The notes below the pieces were generated by a model that saw only the letters and a list, made by a program, of their open reading frames with translations, did not search any database and had not been told where the DNA came from. Positions 13,916 through 28,991 of a stretch of DNA of 64,000 nt are shown here, one piece after another (within the stretch, counting starts at the first letter, position 1; every line of letters starts with the position of its first letter). This DNA is from Octopus sinensis (taxonomy: Eukaryota): contig NC_043008.1 in NCBI RefSeq assembly GCF_006345805.1, forward strand, positions 45,012,001 through 45,076,000, given 5' to 3'. A program made the position numbers and the translations under genes.

Positions 13916-14607
13916 TGTTGGTATGTGTGCTATTGACGTAGTAAACTCGAAAATCTTTGAGTTGTTAGTGAATTCAGAAATATCAACCCATCGTCTGTAA
14001 TTGCTGTAGGACAGCCAGTTGTCACTCACCACCGAGTAAGCTTTATTACTAAGTCCCACCCTTTCGATGATTGTTGTAGATGCCTACGTTGTCCAGAAGA
14101 AACATAGACATTTTCTCCATTGTACCATTGTTTGACCGAGAGGTGCAGCCAGGCTACCAGACGTAAAGACAGGGTTGCACCGTCGCAAGGCAAGCACTCA
14201 ATAACTGAGTCGACAGAAGCAACATAAAATAAAATGCCTTACTCAAGGGCGCAATGTACCACTCGATCCTGAAATTAACCCCATGATATTAGGGTTATAA
14301 AACAGACACCCCTACTCACTAGGCCACGCGTCCTCACATTAGTTACTCTCTTTGATCTTTTACGTGTCTTACTTGTTAGAGTCATTTGAGTGTGGCCATG
14401 CTGGGGCACCGCCTTGAGGGCTTTTAGTCGAACCAATCGAAGCCAGGATTTATTATTTTAGGCGTAGTACTTATTCTATCGGTTCATTTTTGCCGAACAG
14501 CTAGTTGACGGGAACATAAACACACCAATACCGGTTATCAAGCAGTAGTAGGGGACAAATACAGATGCAAAGACTAGCACAAGCACAATACACACATGTA
14601 TATATGC

Positions 14608-14695
<88 letters not shown>

Positions 14696-14697
<2 letters not shown>

Positions 14698-14985
14698 AGG
14701 TGCAATGGCTCAGTGGTTAGGGCAGCGAACTCGCGGTCGTAGGATCGCGGTTTCGATTCCCAGACTGGACGTTGTGAGTGTTTATTGAGCAAAAACACTT
14801 AAAAGCTCCACGAGGCTCCGGCAGGGGGTGGTGATCCCTGCTGTACTCTTTCACCACTCTTTCTTCCACTCTTTCTTCGCTTAGCCAGCGGGGTGGCGTC
14901 CTTCGAAGGCTAAAACAATGCGAAACGCATTGTGACCAGCGATGTGTAGCAACATATGATGGTCTGGTCAGTCACGTGATCACGT
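14696..14985 (+). mobile_element. tRNA-derived SINE
   Basis: TGGCTCAGTGG / GTTTCGATTCC boxes; its 3' part recurs at 53487-53605 (-). Confidence 0.8.
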
Positions 14986-15275
14986 GATATATATAATATA
15001 TATATACGACGGGTTTCTTTTAGTTCACCTCTACCAAATCTACTCACAAGGACTTGGCTATCCAGAGGCTATAGTGGAAGATACTTCGTGTCAAGCAGTG
15101 AGACTGAACCCAAAACTACGTGATTGGAAGGAAGTTTTTTACTACGCAACCACACCTGCACCAAGATGTATATAGATAATATACATATAAGAGGGATGAC
15201 CACTATGTCGACATCCATGTGCTAGATATGTGTGTCTATATATATAATATATATATATATATAAGAGTAAAGAGA

Positions 15276-15312
<37 letters not shown>

Positions 15313-15765
15313 AGTAAAGAGGAGTATATATAGTAATTATATATAATATATATATATATTTATAGATTTACTATACTTTGTCTTCTCGAAACTTTTGTTC
15401 ATAGTTCTTAACGCGATATCTTGTCTTTAATCAATCTCCTTGCAAATTGTTCACAGAGAATTCTTCGAATGGATCATTAAACTTTTGGGCTACAACGGTA
15501 CTTGTGTCATCGATCGATGACCCAAAGGCGACAAAAGACTTAACAGACATCAGGTAACCACTCAACCGGGAAACGAAGCTAATTTGAAACATAAATAATC
15601 GAAACCTTACTTTGTATACTCCGTTGCACTCGCTTTGATTTATATATTTTTATCTTTTTCGAAGCAAACAACACCAAACTGGAAACAGAAGAAAATGGAT
15701 CCGTTATGTTGGTGTTATCATCATCATCATCATCACCATCATCAAAGTCATCATTATCATCATCA

Positions 15766-15812
<47 letters not shown>

Positions 15813-15852
15813 GTTATTGTTAATATTATTATTATTATTATTAATATTATTA

Positions 15853-15917
<65 letters not shown>

Positions 15918-15967
15918 GTTATTATTATTATTATTATTATTATTGTTATTATTATTATTATTAAAAC

Positions 15968-16178
15968 GCTGAGGTGGCTGAATCGTTAGCAAGCCGGGTG
16001 AGATGCTTAGCAGTATTTCGTCTGCCGCTACCTTCTGAGTTCAATTTCCACGAAGGTCGACTTTGCCGTTCATCCTTTCCGGGTGGATTAAATAAGAACC
16101 AGTTACACACTGGAGTTGATGTAATCGACTTAATCCTTTCCACAAAATTTGAGGCCTTGCGCTTCCAATAGAACCGAT
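15968..16178 (+). mobile_element. Abundant SINE copy between (ATT)n tracts
   Basis: Family core sequence. Confidence 0.7.
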
Positions 16179-16199
16179 TATTTTCATTATTATTATTAT

Positions 16200-16706
16200 T
16201 GAGTGAGCGAGCAGAGCATGCCATCAAAGTGACACTGGGGTAAAATATACGAAGCCGTATACCCATCATGACTACCCGTCTGATAAGGGTACCCAGGCAC
16301 ATGCATCACAACCATATGTGCGCGACATGGTGATCTCATATCAAGATAACAGCACATGACCTTGCAGGTGGAGCCCAGTTAGAATTTTCTTCAGATCGAG
16401 TAACCCATCCACTCAAAGGTCCCTGAATAAGGGTTGTTTAAAGGACGTTGAACGAAACAACCGATGTTTACAGAGGTGAATTATTCAAACCCCAAGAATC
16501 CTTCTCAACACATGGCTATATGCTCCCCCACTACTCTGCTCGTGATCAGAGATGCACATATCGTCAGCCACTAAGGGACATGCTCAACTGGTTAAGGTCA
16601 AACAACTGACAAGCAAATCTGTGTATTTGAGCAGAATATTTTGCTGTAGCCCATCTTTTATACCAAGACAAAACAATGTACATGATAACACTTCCAATCA
16701 GTTAAG

Positions 16707-16707
<1 letters not shown>
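16200..16707. mobile_element. ~500 bp unit embedded in (ATT)n, probable interspersed repeat
   Basis: Complex unit with sharp ATT-repeat boundaries on both sides. Confidence 0.45.
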
Positions 16708-16765
<58 letters not shown>

Positions 16766-16768
<3 letters not shown>

Positions 16769-16965
16769 GCTGTTTTCCATTGTATTTCAGAACGTGTGTT
16801 TGTGTATTTGTGTCCATGCGTGTCAGTAGGGGTACATTCTCCTCTATGGCATATCAAATTGTTAAAAGTCATTCTATTCTATTCATATTTCATGGAAACC
16901 GTTTGTCTCTCTCCCTCTCTCTCCTCTCTCTTCTCTCTCTCTCTCTCCCTCTCTCATCATCTCTC

Positions 16966-17013
<48 letters not shown>

Positions 17014-17670
17014 GCTCTCTCTCTCTCTCCCTAATCCATCGTGTGTTGGATTTCCCCGAAGATCACCTACTTTCAATTTCTATGCATCTTTATATTTCTT
17101 TTTACATTCTCTTCGTTGCTTATCGATGTTGCTATCTGTATTTCAGTTAATATCGTGGTTCATCATTTGTGGTTAATCTATTTCTAACTTTCTACGCATT
17201 ACAATGCTTCGTTATTCATTCCTTATCTAACATTCTTTCTTTACATACTATACAAGCTGTGCAAAATATTTATTAGCAAGACGTTACAGCCTTTTGTTAC
17301 ATTGAGTTGAGAGTCACTCTAAGTCTGCTTTATTTGTAATCTCTTTATTTCTCTGCTCAAATACACTATACGAACTATCTATATCTCTCCTTACCAATCA
17401 CTGAATTTCTTTAGATTTATTTATGTATTTCTATTTGATATTTTATTTTTTGACTGACTTCTCCTGTTTATCATCGTTTGTGTGTATATAGAATTTTTCT
17501 GCTTTACATGGTATGCATTGTTTTTTTCGGAGCAAGTATTTGTAGCCCCAACTATAGAGTCTATCATTTTATCCCTTTATTGATTTCAGTTACTGGACTG
17601 CACCCATGCAAAACTGCCACTCCTGGTATTTATATCAGAGTAGCAAATTCTCTGTCGATCTATGTTTATG
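16766..17670 (-). repeat. ~0.9 kb segment, copy 2 of the inverted pair
   Basis: Reverse complement of 1658-2570, including the internal (CT)n/(GA)n tract. Confidence 0.9.
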
Positions 17671-17864
17671 CAATTTTTTAGTAGTATTTCATCGGTCTTT
17701 ACGTTCTGAGTTCAAATTCCGCCGAAGTTGACTTTACCTTTCATTCCTTCGGGGTCGATAAATTAAGTTCCAGTTGAACAGTGGGGTCGATGTAATCGAC
17801 TCATCCCCGCCCCCCAAATGGCCACCCTTGTGGCAAAATCTGAAACCATTATTATGATAATTAT

Positions 17865-20290
17865 CTAAGATGTTGCACAGTATCCAATATCGTGCATTTG
17901 TTGATTGAAGCTATTGTGTCTACCTGGGGTTTGCACTGTTTGTCAAGTCACAACAAGGACCTCAGACGGACAGTACTTTATGCAGTATGCGTGCTGTTCG
18001 AAGTAATGCTGATTTACATACAAAATGTAAGTTTTTGTAAAGTTCCATCAAGTTTGTTGGGTTATTAAGTTTCAAACGTTTTCTTTGGTTGGGTGGTATT
18101 GAACCCGGTGCTCCGGTGACAATAGGGACAACCTTTGTATTTGACTCACGTAGCTGCCACATCGTGGCGATCCCAATTCTCAGGTTCCCATATTTATCAA
18201 TCTTTTCTCTTTTATTTATGATAACATGTTAATCTCCTGGTACTGCTACGTCGATTATTACCCACTTTTGTTTGTCCCTCCTAAAGGTTACTATATCCGC
18301 CTTCGGTGCTCTAACACATTGTCTGTCTAGAAGTCAAAGTCCCAGAGGATTTTTGCCTTCCCCTTTTCTGGTATATGTTGGTACCAAACACCCGTTACCT
18401 CGTATCCATACTTCCGGTGTAGTAGCCAGTGAAAGCTTTTCGCTACTTGTATCTGCGCTTGTACTCTTTCTGAGCCTGACTTTCACAAGTACTAACAATG
18501 TGAGTCACGCTTTCGGCCCCCTCCCCACGCATTCTGCAGAGGTTCGTTGCACATGTGTGGTATATATCCGTTTCTACTGAGTTGGTATTCAGTGTCTGGA
18601 CCTGGGCAGCGACGATTAGGCTTTCAGTCTTCTTTTTTAGGTCACCCTTGCTGAGCCTTCTCCATGATTCTTCCTGATCTTTTAATTTGATGGTGTCACG
18701 GTGGAATTGACCAGGTAATTCCATGCAGAATAGAAGGTATTTGTAATTTTCTTGTAGGTCAAGCTCCTTGACGGTAGCATCGGTATCTAATTTAATGGAA
18801 GCTGTTAGCCTGAGCTTGCCTCGTACAAAGTTGCCTTAGTACACCTATCAAGGCCAAAGTTCTTCCTGATGTCATTACTGAATTCTTTAACAGTTGTTAG
18901 CAACCCTGCTAGCTCTTCATCATATCTAGCAAACAGCTTCAGATCGTCCATATAAAACCGATGGTTTCTTATCGTATTATAAACTTTCAATCTGTACCTG
19001 GTGGTATTTAGTTCTTTTAAGAGTGGTATCAGTGCCATGCAGAAGGGTAAAGGGGAGAGGAAGCCACATTGAAAGATGCCACGCTTGATGTTGATGTTGT
19101 TAGATTGGCTCATCCCATTACAAGGGTTTAGAAGGAGACGTGTGTTCCATTTGCCCATGCTACCTTGTAAGAATTTGGAGACGACAGGAGAGATCTTATG
19201 TATTTCAAGGGCCTTGAGTAACCAATTATGTGGGACACTATCAAACGCTTTCCTGTCGCTTATCCATGTCATACTCAAGCTTTTCTTTTTGCTCCGGCTG
19301 TTCTCTACAATCATTTTACTCATGAGTAATCGATCTTTGCACCCATAAGAATTCTTTTTACAGCCTTTTCGAGCTTGTGGAAGGATAGACCTCTGTCCAG
19401 TTAATATGGATGTGAAGATCTTGTAGGTGGTGTTGGGACATGTTATCGGTCAGTAGCTCTTTGGTTTTTTTTGTGTCTTCAGTTTTTGGTAGAAGGTATA
19501 TCATTCCTTCAGCCAGTCAAGCAGGTATTTGTTCTGGGTTCTACGTAACATCAGTCAGAGATGCAGCTAAATTTTGATGCACTTCTGTCAGACAATTTAG
19601 TCAGAAGTTAGGAATCCGGTCCAGTCCTAGGTTTTTCAATTTGTAAAACTTCCTAAGAACACATCTTACCTCTTCTATTCCTGTTGTCTTTCATTTCTGT
19701 TCTTCAACTTCATCCAGTCTCACTTTCTCACGCTCTATCCAGTCAGATTTAACATTTTGTTCGTTTTGTTAATCCATATCTTCTTCCAGAACTCTTCCAT
19801 TTCCTCAGTCTTAGCGGCTCCTTCACTTCTATCTTACTTTTGCCAATTTCCCTATAAAATTTCTTTGCATCCATCTTGAATATCTTGATTCATCGATAAA
19901 ATTTGATTCTTTTGTCATACCTTCTGAGCCTTTCGGCTTTCGATTGTATTCGTTGTTTCACTATTTCCTTGGTTGCAGCAAAGTTTATAAAAAATCTTTC
20001 ATTTTATATTTTTTCTTGATTTTTCTAACTCGTTTTGTCTTAACATTTACTCCTCAAGCAAGAACTGAAACATCCGCCCGCAGAGATGCGATCTTTTTTT
20101 TTTATTGCTACTTTCCACTTCGGAGGTCTATTGACATGGTTGGTCCTTTTCTCTGTCGTCTGGATCTCTAATTGATCAGTTACAACTTTAGCAGTGGAAT
20201 AAATGAGGTTACTTAAGGCTGTTAGGTCATTTCCTTTATTTCTTAAGATCTGTCTAAGAGCAACATTATATATCATGATTAAGTTGTTGT
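17865..20290 (-). mobile_element. Degenerate R4/Dong-like non-LTR retrotransposon (RT + restriction-like endonuclease)
   Basis: KAFDSVPHNWL, RGIFQ..LSPL.FCMALIPL, FYMDDLKLFA, CRM..ESVTHIVSTC, IIDVAVPGD-type endonuclease region and VVPIVTGA..ALLRTARILHKVL end; many stops and frameshifts. Confidence 0.88.
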
Positions 20291-20449
20291 TTTCTATGTT
20301 TATATTATTATTATTATTATTTTTTTTCTCTGATTAAGTTCTGCCGAGGTCGACTTTGCCTTTCATCCTTTCGGAGTTTCATCCTTTTGGGGTTGATGCA
20401 ATTGACTTGTCCCCACCCCAAAATTTCAGGCTGTAAATGATGATTATTA

Positions 20450-20972
20450 TTATAGATTATTATATTATTATTATTATTATTATTATATTATTATTATATT
20501 GTTGTTGTTGTTGTTGTTGTTATTATTATTATTATTATTATATTATTATTATTATATTATTATTATTATTATTATTGTTGTGTTGTTGTTGTATTATTAT
20601 TTAATTATTATTATAATTATTATTATTATATTATTATTATTATTATTGTTGTTATTATTATTATTATTATTGTGTTGTTTTCTTCTTTCTTCTAATTTTC
20701 TTCCGTTTCTAGCCGAGTGTTTTCCGTACACCTAGGGCAGAGAAGCTCGTTGTATGCATTCCCAGATTACACACTCAAATTCACAGGTAAAATATGCATT
20801 TAAAAGATTAATAAAAAAATAAATAAATAAATGGATGTTGTTTTCACAGTGATAATGCTCTTCCCATTACACGAATCGTTCCAGTTAACACGATTTTTTG
20901 CACTTCCTGTAGGGATGGTAAGCCTGATATCATTTTCAAATAGGTTTCAGTACTTTTTATTATTATTATTAT

Positions 20973-21019
<47 letters not shown>

Positions 21020-21035
21020 CTGCTGCTGCTGCTAT

Positions 21036-21070
<35 letters not shown>

Positions 21071-21095
21071 TACTACTACTAGTACTACTACCATC
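20450..21095. repeat. (ATT)n/(GTT)n and (AGT)n/(ACT)n microsatellites
   Basis: Directly visible. Confidence 0.9.
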
Positions 21096-21307
21096 ATTAG
21101 TATTAATATTGTTGATTTACTTCTCAGAGCGTTCGGTCTATTTTGCTCCGGTTGATTCTGTGAGCGCGGGCAGCAGCCTGTTGTCAGAGGTCTCACCGAG
21201 TCTCTTTCCGCACATTATAAGCTTTGGTACTTGGTTGTTAATGATCGTGGAAGACATTCAACATCCAAATACCAATCTCAAAATTAGTTATTGTTGTCGT
21301 TGTTGTT

Positions 21308-21338
<31 letters not shown>

Positions 21339-21634
21339 TTGTTGTTGTGTTGTGTTGTTGTTGTAAATACATCGACCATAACCTTGCGCATGAATTCTGA
21401 GATTTGCAGGGACGGAATGCATAATGAGACCATGTTCCGTGGGTCAAAGCAGTAAGAAAGAATGAATGGAGCAGTTTTCGCAAAGAGATTTCTGGTCCAA
21501 ACAGTTATAATACAGTGAATTCCAAACCTATGAAGATGGGTTTGGAATTCACCCACGGCGATACTAAACGGATTAAGGAAATTATATTTTCCATTTACAT
21601 GAACAAGTTTCTCGTCTGACATTCCCCACTTCTT

Positions 21635-21835
21635 AGAGGGGACAAACAAGGACAGACAAACGGATTAAATCGATTACATCGACCCCAGTGCGTAACTGGT
21701 ACTTAATCTATCGACTTCGAAAGGATGAAAGGCAAAGTCGACCTCGGCGGAATTTAAACTCTGAACGTAAAGACAGACGAAATACCGCCAAGCATTTCGC
21801 CCGACGTGCTAACGTTTCTGCCAGCTCGCCGCCTT
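21635..21835 (-). mobile_element. Abundant SINE copy
   Basis: Full family consensus ending TTTCTGCCAGCTCGCCGCC; a further copy lies at 22065-22275 (+). Confidence 0.85.
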
Positions 21836-22365
21836 CACCGCCGTAACTTAAGTGACGTTTCCCACTTCTGTTGAGAGTCCATTAACCCAGTCTCATTCAC
21901 AAGCTTTGGATTGAATCGAGGCTACGGTAAGTGATACTTGCTGAGCGATTTTCATACCAACGCAGCAATAATCGTAACAGTACACAGTCGTACTTGTTAC
22001 TGCAGGCTTTGACTTCTTAAACTATAGGAATACATCTGTTGCCCTTTATTTTTACAAACTGAAAGGTGACGAGCTGGCTGAGTCGATAGCACGCCGGACA
22101 AAATGCTTTGTAGTATTTCTTCGGGTTTTACCCTCTGAGTTCGAATTCCGCAGAGAAGGATTTTGCTTTTCAACCTTTCGGTGTCGATAATATAAGTACC
22201 AGTTGAGTACTGGGGTCGATGTAATCGACTTTCTCCCTTCTCCAATATTTCAGACCTTGTGTCTATAATACAAAGAATTGTCACAAATTCCAAGTATTAT
22301 AGAACAAGGATCGACTCACCAGGAACTTATCTTCCGCACTACACACAATTCAGAATTTTAAATCA

Positions 22366-22555
22366 CCGTATTTACTTGGGTATAACTCACACCATGTTAT
22401 AATTGATTTAAGCTAAAAAAAAAATTTAAGGGTGGGGTCGATTTATACATGGGGCAAAGCTAAAATTATAAAAGAGAAACATTGTGTACGAAGATTTAGC
22501 ACTAAATTAGAGTTGCTGCTTCACACGAGTGCGACTTAGAGACGAGTAAATGCGG
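22366..22555. mobile_element. ~190 bp pogo/Tc2-like MITE
   Basis: Termini CCGTATTTACTTG ... CGAGTAAATGCGG followed by TA; internal CGA(T/C)TTA repeats. Confidence 0.6.
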
Positions 22556-22849
22556 TAACTTCAAATATGAGGAAGACAAAATTAGAAAGTAAAAAGATAT
22601 GAGAAAAAAATATTAATTATTAATAAAGACACAAACAATTACGTGTTGTAGACTGATTATACATTTTTTCAGTTCTTGTGTTTTTTTTTTGTTTTTTGTT
22701 TTTTTTCGATTTTAATGCATACATGAAACAGATAGAAAATAGAAATCGTTCTTTTTATAGATAGAAATATAAACGTTAGTTTAGTATTATAAGTGGAAAA
22801 AAAAAACAACAACGACGACGTCAAAGAGTTAAAATCATAGACATGGCTT

Positions 22850-24030
22850 TATAATAAATTGGAGATCGAAACAATGGTATTTGTAATAGCCAAAGAAATC
22901 ATCGATAATCTGTCAATATTGATTTATTTTGATCAGACACCGCCAAGAGAGTATATTGTTGAAAGAGAAATGAAAGTCAGTAAGTCTTTCGTTTTAATCC
23001 ATAAACGGTTAAAATTCTAAACTGTTTCAAAAACCAGAACCCTAACTGATATTGCAAACTGAACCAAAAGGAGTTGTTTTGCGTTATTCCCAGAGACTCT
23101 GAAATATTCTTGCTTGCTTTCATGCTTGTGAGTCAGTTTTTAGATTCAAAGAAGAATCATATTGTCAGCACTTCTGATACAGTCAAAACCCACAGAAGCC
23201 CCAAACTCGTTCTTAAGAGTTAACGAAGCACCCACGCGATTCACAATATTGTTGTTGCTATTGTTTCTAAACAGCAACGAAATATTTAATTCTGGGTTAC
23301 CCACTGATAACCAAAGCGGCTAGGGATCACAAGAACCCCTGGTATAAAGAGACAGACAGTACACCCATGCGTGCTCAGTCGATGTTATCTATTAATCCAG
23401 TTATTGTTACATATCAACAAACAAGGAAGACAACTCTGTAACGTTCACGCTTTTCTGAAGAGCGTTACGGAAGAAAACGAAATGGAATTGTTTAAACCAA
23501 GAAACATCTATGAGTTACTGGCTTACTTGGAAGTTACGTCTTGCTTTGCCGCACCGGTCAGTCTTATATTGACAAAAGCCCAGGGGTTGCTAAGAAAGAA
23601 GAAAATTAAGGAATTGAGATCAGCAACCGTTTTCAAAATGGGGATATCTACCCCCTCATGATCCTATGTCCATTATTCACGTCTTACAGAACAAGTAAGT
23701 GTAAACAGTCTAAATAAATACAAGGATTCACATCTAAAAGACGTTGAGTTCGTAATTTGAGGATCATGAGATTTTTTCGTAATATATTAGCAACATATTA
23801 AATCGTCGTTTGCACGGTGAACAGCGGAATCCAAAACGATGATTCGCGTATTTATTCTTAATACATCCCAGCAGACTCTTACGTGACTATGCTAATCACT
23901 GTTACTTCATCACAGGAGAACGGCTTCTCCTTTACGACGAATGTGTGTTCATAACACGGGATTGTATTAACAATAGAAATGCAACATATTTTTAGTAGCA
24001 ATGTAGGTGAAGGGAACTGAAGTTGAGCTC
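22850..24030 (+). pseudogene. Possible ancient hAT transposase relic
   Basis: MLITVTSSQENGFS near 23890 resembles the hAT dimerisation motif LPVTSAxxERSFS; remainder decayed, left boundary uncertain. Confidence 0.35.
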
Positions 24031-24435
24031 AAAATTCAACAGTAAGTTTCACCGAAAGTTTTACTTGTGAAGCAAAAATACTTAATGCAATAATCATAAA
24101 CCAGCAGATATTTCAAGAAAATACAATTCCAAAAAATTGCACCAATAATGCTTGGAATAATTGATCGGTCATTAAAACAGGGGTCGGAAAGAAGAAAAGC
24201 AAAATGGAAGCTACAAGTGAGCTGAGTCAGCAAAACACAAAATGGTTCCCACTTCCGGTTGAACATATACTTCATTTCTCTCTCATAACAGACATGCTCT
24301 TGGGAAATGTATGAACATATTTACGTCACATATAAGCTTCTAATATTTATATAGTCTTTGCAAGTATTCAAAATAGACCAATATTGACTTTCAGAAAATG
24401 ATGCAAAAAAAAAGATAATAATAATAATAATAATA

Positions 24436-24497
<62 letters not shown>

Positions 24498-24864
24498 GTA
24501 AATGGAAAATACATAAATTGAGAATTTACAAGAAATTTTAAGAAAAAAGTTATATTTGAACATATCACATATTTGGTTTCGATTGGAATTCGTAAAAATT
24601 GAATTTACATTTGGAAAAGTAAATATTGAGAAAATCAAGTTTCGCTCTATGTACATAAAATGTATTTAACGTTATATTTTCTCAGTGAGGAAAATTCCAA
24701 ATTCGCTTTCTTATTTATTTTGAGCAAATGTTACACAATCATTTAAATAACATGTATAAAGATATATATATATGTGTGTGTGTGTGTGTGTATGTGTGTG
24801 TGTATACATAGTTATATATGTATATAAACATATGATATACATATATACATATATATATATATAT

Positions 24865-24935
<71 letters not shown>

Positions 24936-25163
24936 TATATAAACATCATCATCATCATCATTCTCATCAACAGCTTTGTACTGTACAGCTTAGCGGTCCG
25001 TCCATGTCCGCCATGATTAATGGCTTCTTTTGACAGCCATTTTAAATTACAATATATTACATGATATTACACGGTAGTTGAAAAGAGGTTTCCAACCTTT
25101 TTCTACAACTCAGCTCACATCCATTGCGTGTGTGTGTGTATGTGTGTGTGTGTGTGTGTATGT

Positions 25164-25205
<42 letters not shown>

Positions 25206-25316
25206 ATGCAATTTCATTCAATTTTAAGAGAGAGTGTATGCGCATACGTGTATTCGTGTATGTGTGGCGATGTATCCATTTTTATTCTTCTTAACTGGTG
25301 TATAAACTCATATTAC

Positions 25317-25361
<45 letters not shown>

Positions 25362-26312
25362 TACAGAGAGAGGGGGGACAGACAGACAAACAGGCTATGA
25401 AAGAAATCCAACGTAATATGTAGATATATGTGTGCGTGTATGTGTGTATTTATATGTATTTGTATGTGTGTGTCTATGTATGTATGTATGTATGTATGTA
25501 TTGGTGTATGTATGTATGTATGTCATTATTCAGCTTTATTTCAAGATTTCTTGCCAATAGAGAAAGAGCCGGTTTCGAAACTAGATCCAAGCTTCCTTCA
25601 CATATGTATGCGTCAAACCTAGTTGTGTTTATTTGTATTGCCTCCAATGTATCAGCTTGCTTTAGATTTCTTTTGTACCCACTTTTTGCCCCGTGGGTCT
25701 TGGTCTGGATGAAGAATTCAGAATTTACGTTTAAATTCATTTGAGAACTGATCTGTATTTTCTATACTGATCATATCTAGTTCTCACCAATTGTCTCTGG
25801 ATATATAAGCATGTGTTAACTGTCTCTCCCTATACACAGCAAAATTTATTTCAACACACGAATTCACATAAAGAATCTTGAAACCAGATACAAAAAGGAA
25901 GTGTATGTGCGCGCGTCCATGTGTCTGTGCGTGTGTATGTATGTACGTATGTATGTATGTATGTATGTATGTATGTATCTATGTATGTATGTATGTATGT
26001 ATGTATGTATGTATGTATGTATGTATGTATGTATGTATGTATGTATGTGTTCACGTAAGAAAGCCTTCGCTCTCCGAAATATATACAAAAAATAAACACA
26101 AATTATTAATACAAAGTATTTGAGATATTTATAACCGCGTAATGGAATTTTAAACATATTTCTGGCTGAGGTTTGATACAAATTCACGAAGTGGATACCT
26201 TTTGGTAACAATCATTCTATCGTTCAAACATCCTGAATTCAATCGATATATATATATATATTCATATATATATATAGTCTGTACATTTGGGATATATGAT
26301 ACATACATGCAC

Positions 26313-26344
<32 letters not shown>

Positions 26345-26787
26345 ATATATATGCATGTATATATATATGTATGTATGTATGTATATATATACATGGATAT
26401 ATATATATATATATATATATTGACAATGTATATATATATATATACATGTACGTATGTATGTACGTATATCTATATACATATATGTATATACCCATATATA
26501 TATGCAAATACAAATATACATACTTATATACGTATATATTTAAGCAAATGTACACACACACACTCACACACACGCATATATATATATATATACTTATGCT
26601 TTTACTTAAATATGTCTGTGTTTGTGTGTGAGGAAGTGTGCATATATGTGTGTGTGTATCATATATAATATATGTGTGTGCGTGCGTGTGTGTGCGTGCG
26701 TGTGTGTGTATATGCATAGATGGATAGATAGATAGATAGATAGACAGACAGGCAGATAGACTGACAGACAGACAGACAGATAGATAT

Positions 26788-26884
<97 letters not shown>

Positions 26885-27729
26885 TAGATGCTCGTCTCAG
26901 CTTATCAATATATGTACGGGTATGTGGGTGTCTGTGTGAGTGTCTGTATCTGTAAAGGAAAAGGTTAAATCTATTCTGTTAACTATTTTAAAATCATTGC
27001 GTGTGAAAAACAACTTAAAGGCAGCCATATTGTTAAGTAGCATTAATCTCTTAACATGCTTTAGTATCCAGTTGATAAAACAACTACCAGTGATATCCTG
27101 AGGAAAACATTGATGTAATTACATATTTTTCGTTGATAACTTAACATTGACTTTTTATCAATGTTAATGTTGAAAAAAAGTTTATTTTTTTTGCTTGGAC
27201 TGCAAGGTGACACGCCATTGGTCAGACCTCTGTTTTATCTAAAGCCTTCCACGGTTGACTATCCTGTCTTTGTTTCCCCGGAATCATATATCTAATAATA
27301 ATATTATCCGATATAAAATTCTTCATCATTATTACATCCTATTACGTTGAATAAATTTATTATTGTAGTTGTTGCTGCTGCTGCTGTTGTTATTGTTGCT
27401 CAATCGCGAATCAACTTTGATTAAGCAGCCTTATCATCAAAATTATTCCAGCCATGACCACCCTACAATATTTCCTTTGTGCGTGCAATCTAGACCTAAG
27501 TTATACAAATTCTCCTTCTTCATGATATCAAGGCGAGATTTGAGTGAGATTTGACTGTTATTTCTAATAATTTCTTGCTGGCTCCCCTCGTTAGTTCAGT
27601 GAGTTTTCAAGTCCTGAGCCATTTTGTAATTTGCATTTGTTTTCATGGTCACTATAATCTTATTGTCGGCCATATCAGTGACTCAAAATGACTATCTCTG
27701 TCTCAGATTAGAGCTTATAGTGCATTAAA

Positions 27730-28160
27730 TGCTTAAAAGACACATACGACTAATAATGCTTATAATGCATAAAACTATTATAACATTTTACAATGTTTAT
27801 AGTACTTAAACGCTTATTATGCTTATAGTACTAATGAACCATAAAATGCTTATAATATTATGTTTCTAATGCGTATATTTATAAAGCATGTGATGCATAT
27901 AATGCTTCAAAGACTTATAATGTACATAATACAGATAATGTACATAACGCTTATAATGTTTGTAAGGCTTATAACATATATACCGTATATGATGTGTGTA
28001 TTCTTTTCAATGCTTACACATAATCCATGCAATGCAGATAATGTATATATTAATAATGCTTATAGAGCTTGTAATGCATACAATGTAAGTATTGATAATA
28101 ATGATTATAATTCAAATAATGCTGATATGTTTTTAATGCATATAATATTTATCTTTATAA
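27730..28160. repeat. Degenerate 9-bp-periodic (TAATGCTTA)n-like array
   Basis: Recurrent taatgctta/taatgcata/taatgttta units. Confidence 0.7.
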
Positions 28161-28314
28161 TGCACGTAAAGCGTTTTGTGTCTAAATTATAATCCGCTGA
28201 AATCTTAGGAGATTATTTTTCTTCTGCAAACGGAGTGTGTTCTATTTGTGTTTAAAAGAAATATTTCACTCTCATAGAAATCTGTCTGTATATGTGTGTG
28301 TATATGTGTGTGTG

Positions 28315-28359
<45 letters not shown>

Positions 28360-28733
28360 ATATTATTTAAGTATTTTAAAATGAATTACTCATTAAACAA
28401 GAGAGAAATAGATAGAAGATCTAGATCCTTGTAATTTGTGTGCAAAGCAGATTCGCATTCACCTACATACATAACCACATATATACACATAGACACACAC
28501 ACACCACAACACCATATTTATATAGTTATAACAAAAATATGTATATTAACATATACATGAGTGGTACATACATATATATACATATATAATATTGTAGCAA
28601 TATAAAATATACATATATATATATATAGATATATATATATGTATATATATATATATTATATATATATATATATATGCTTGTATGTATGTATATATATACA
28701 CATAAACAGATATATATATATATATATATAAAC

Positions 28734-28791
<58 letters not shown>

Positions 28792-28882
28792 CCAATAAGA
28801 AGTTTTCAAATTTGTGCAAGGGACTTTTAAAACAGAGATACAGAAGAATAAAGATATTTTGATAAAACACTCTTTACATACA

Positions 28883-28913
<31 letters not shown>

Positions 28914-28940
28914 GTATGCATACATGTGTATGTGCATGCA

Positions 28941-28991
<51 letters not shown>

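Noticed and set aside
21110-21620. Unique GC-richer patches as possible SLC6 exons
   Set aside because: No SLC6 motif in the frames I read.
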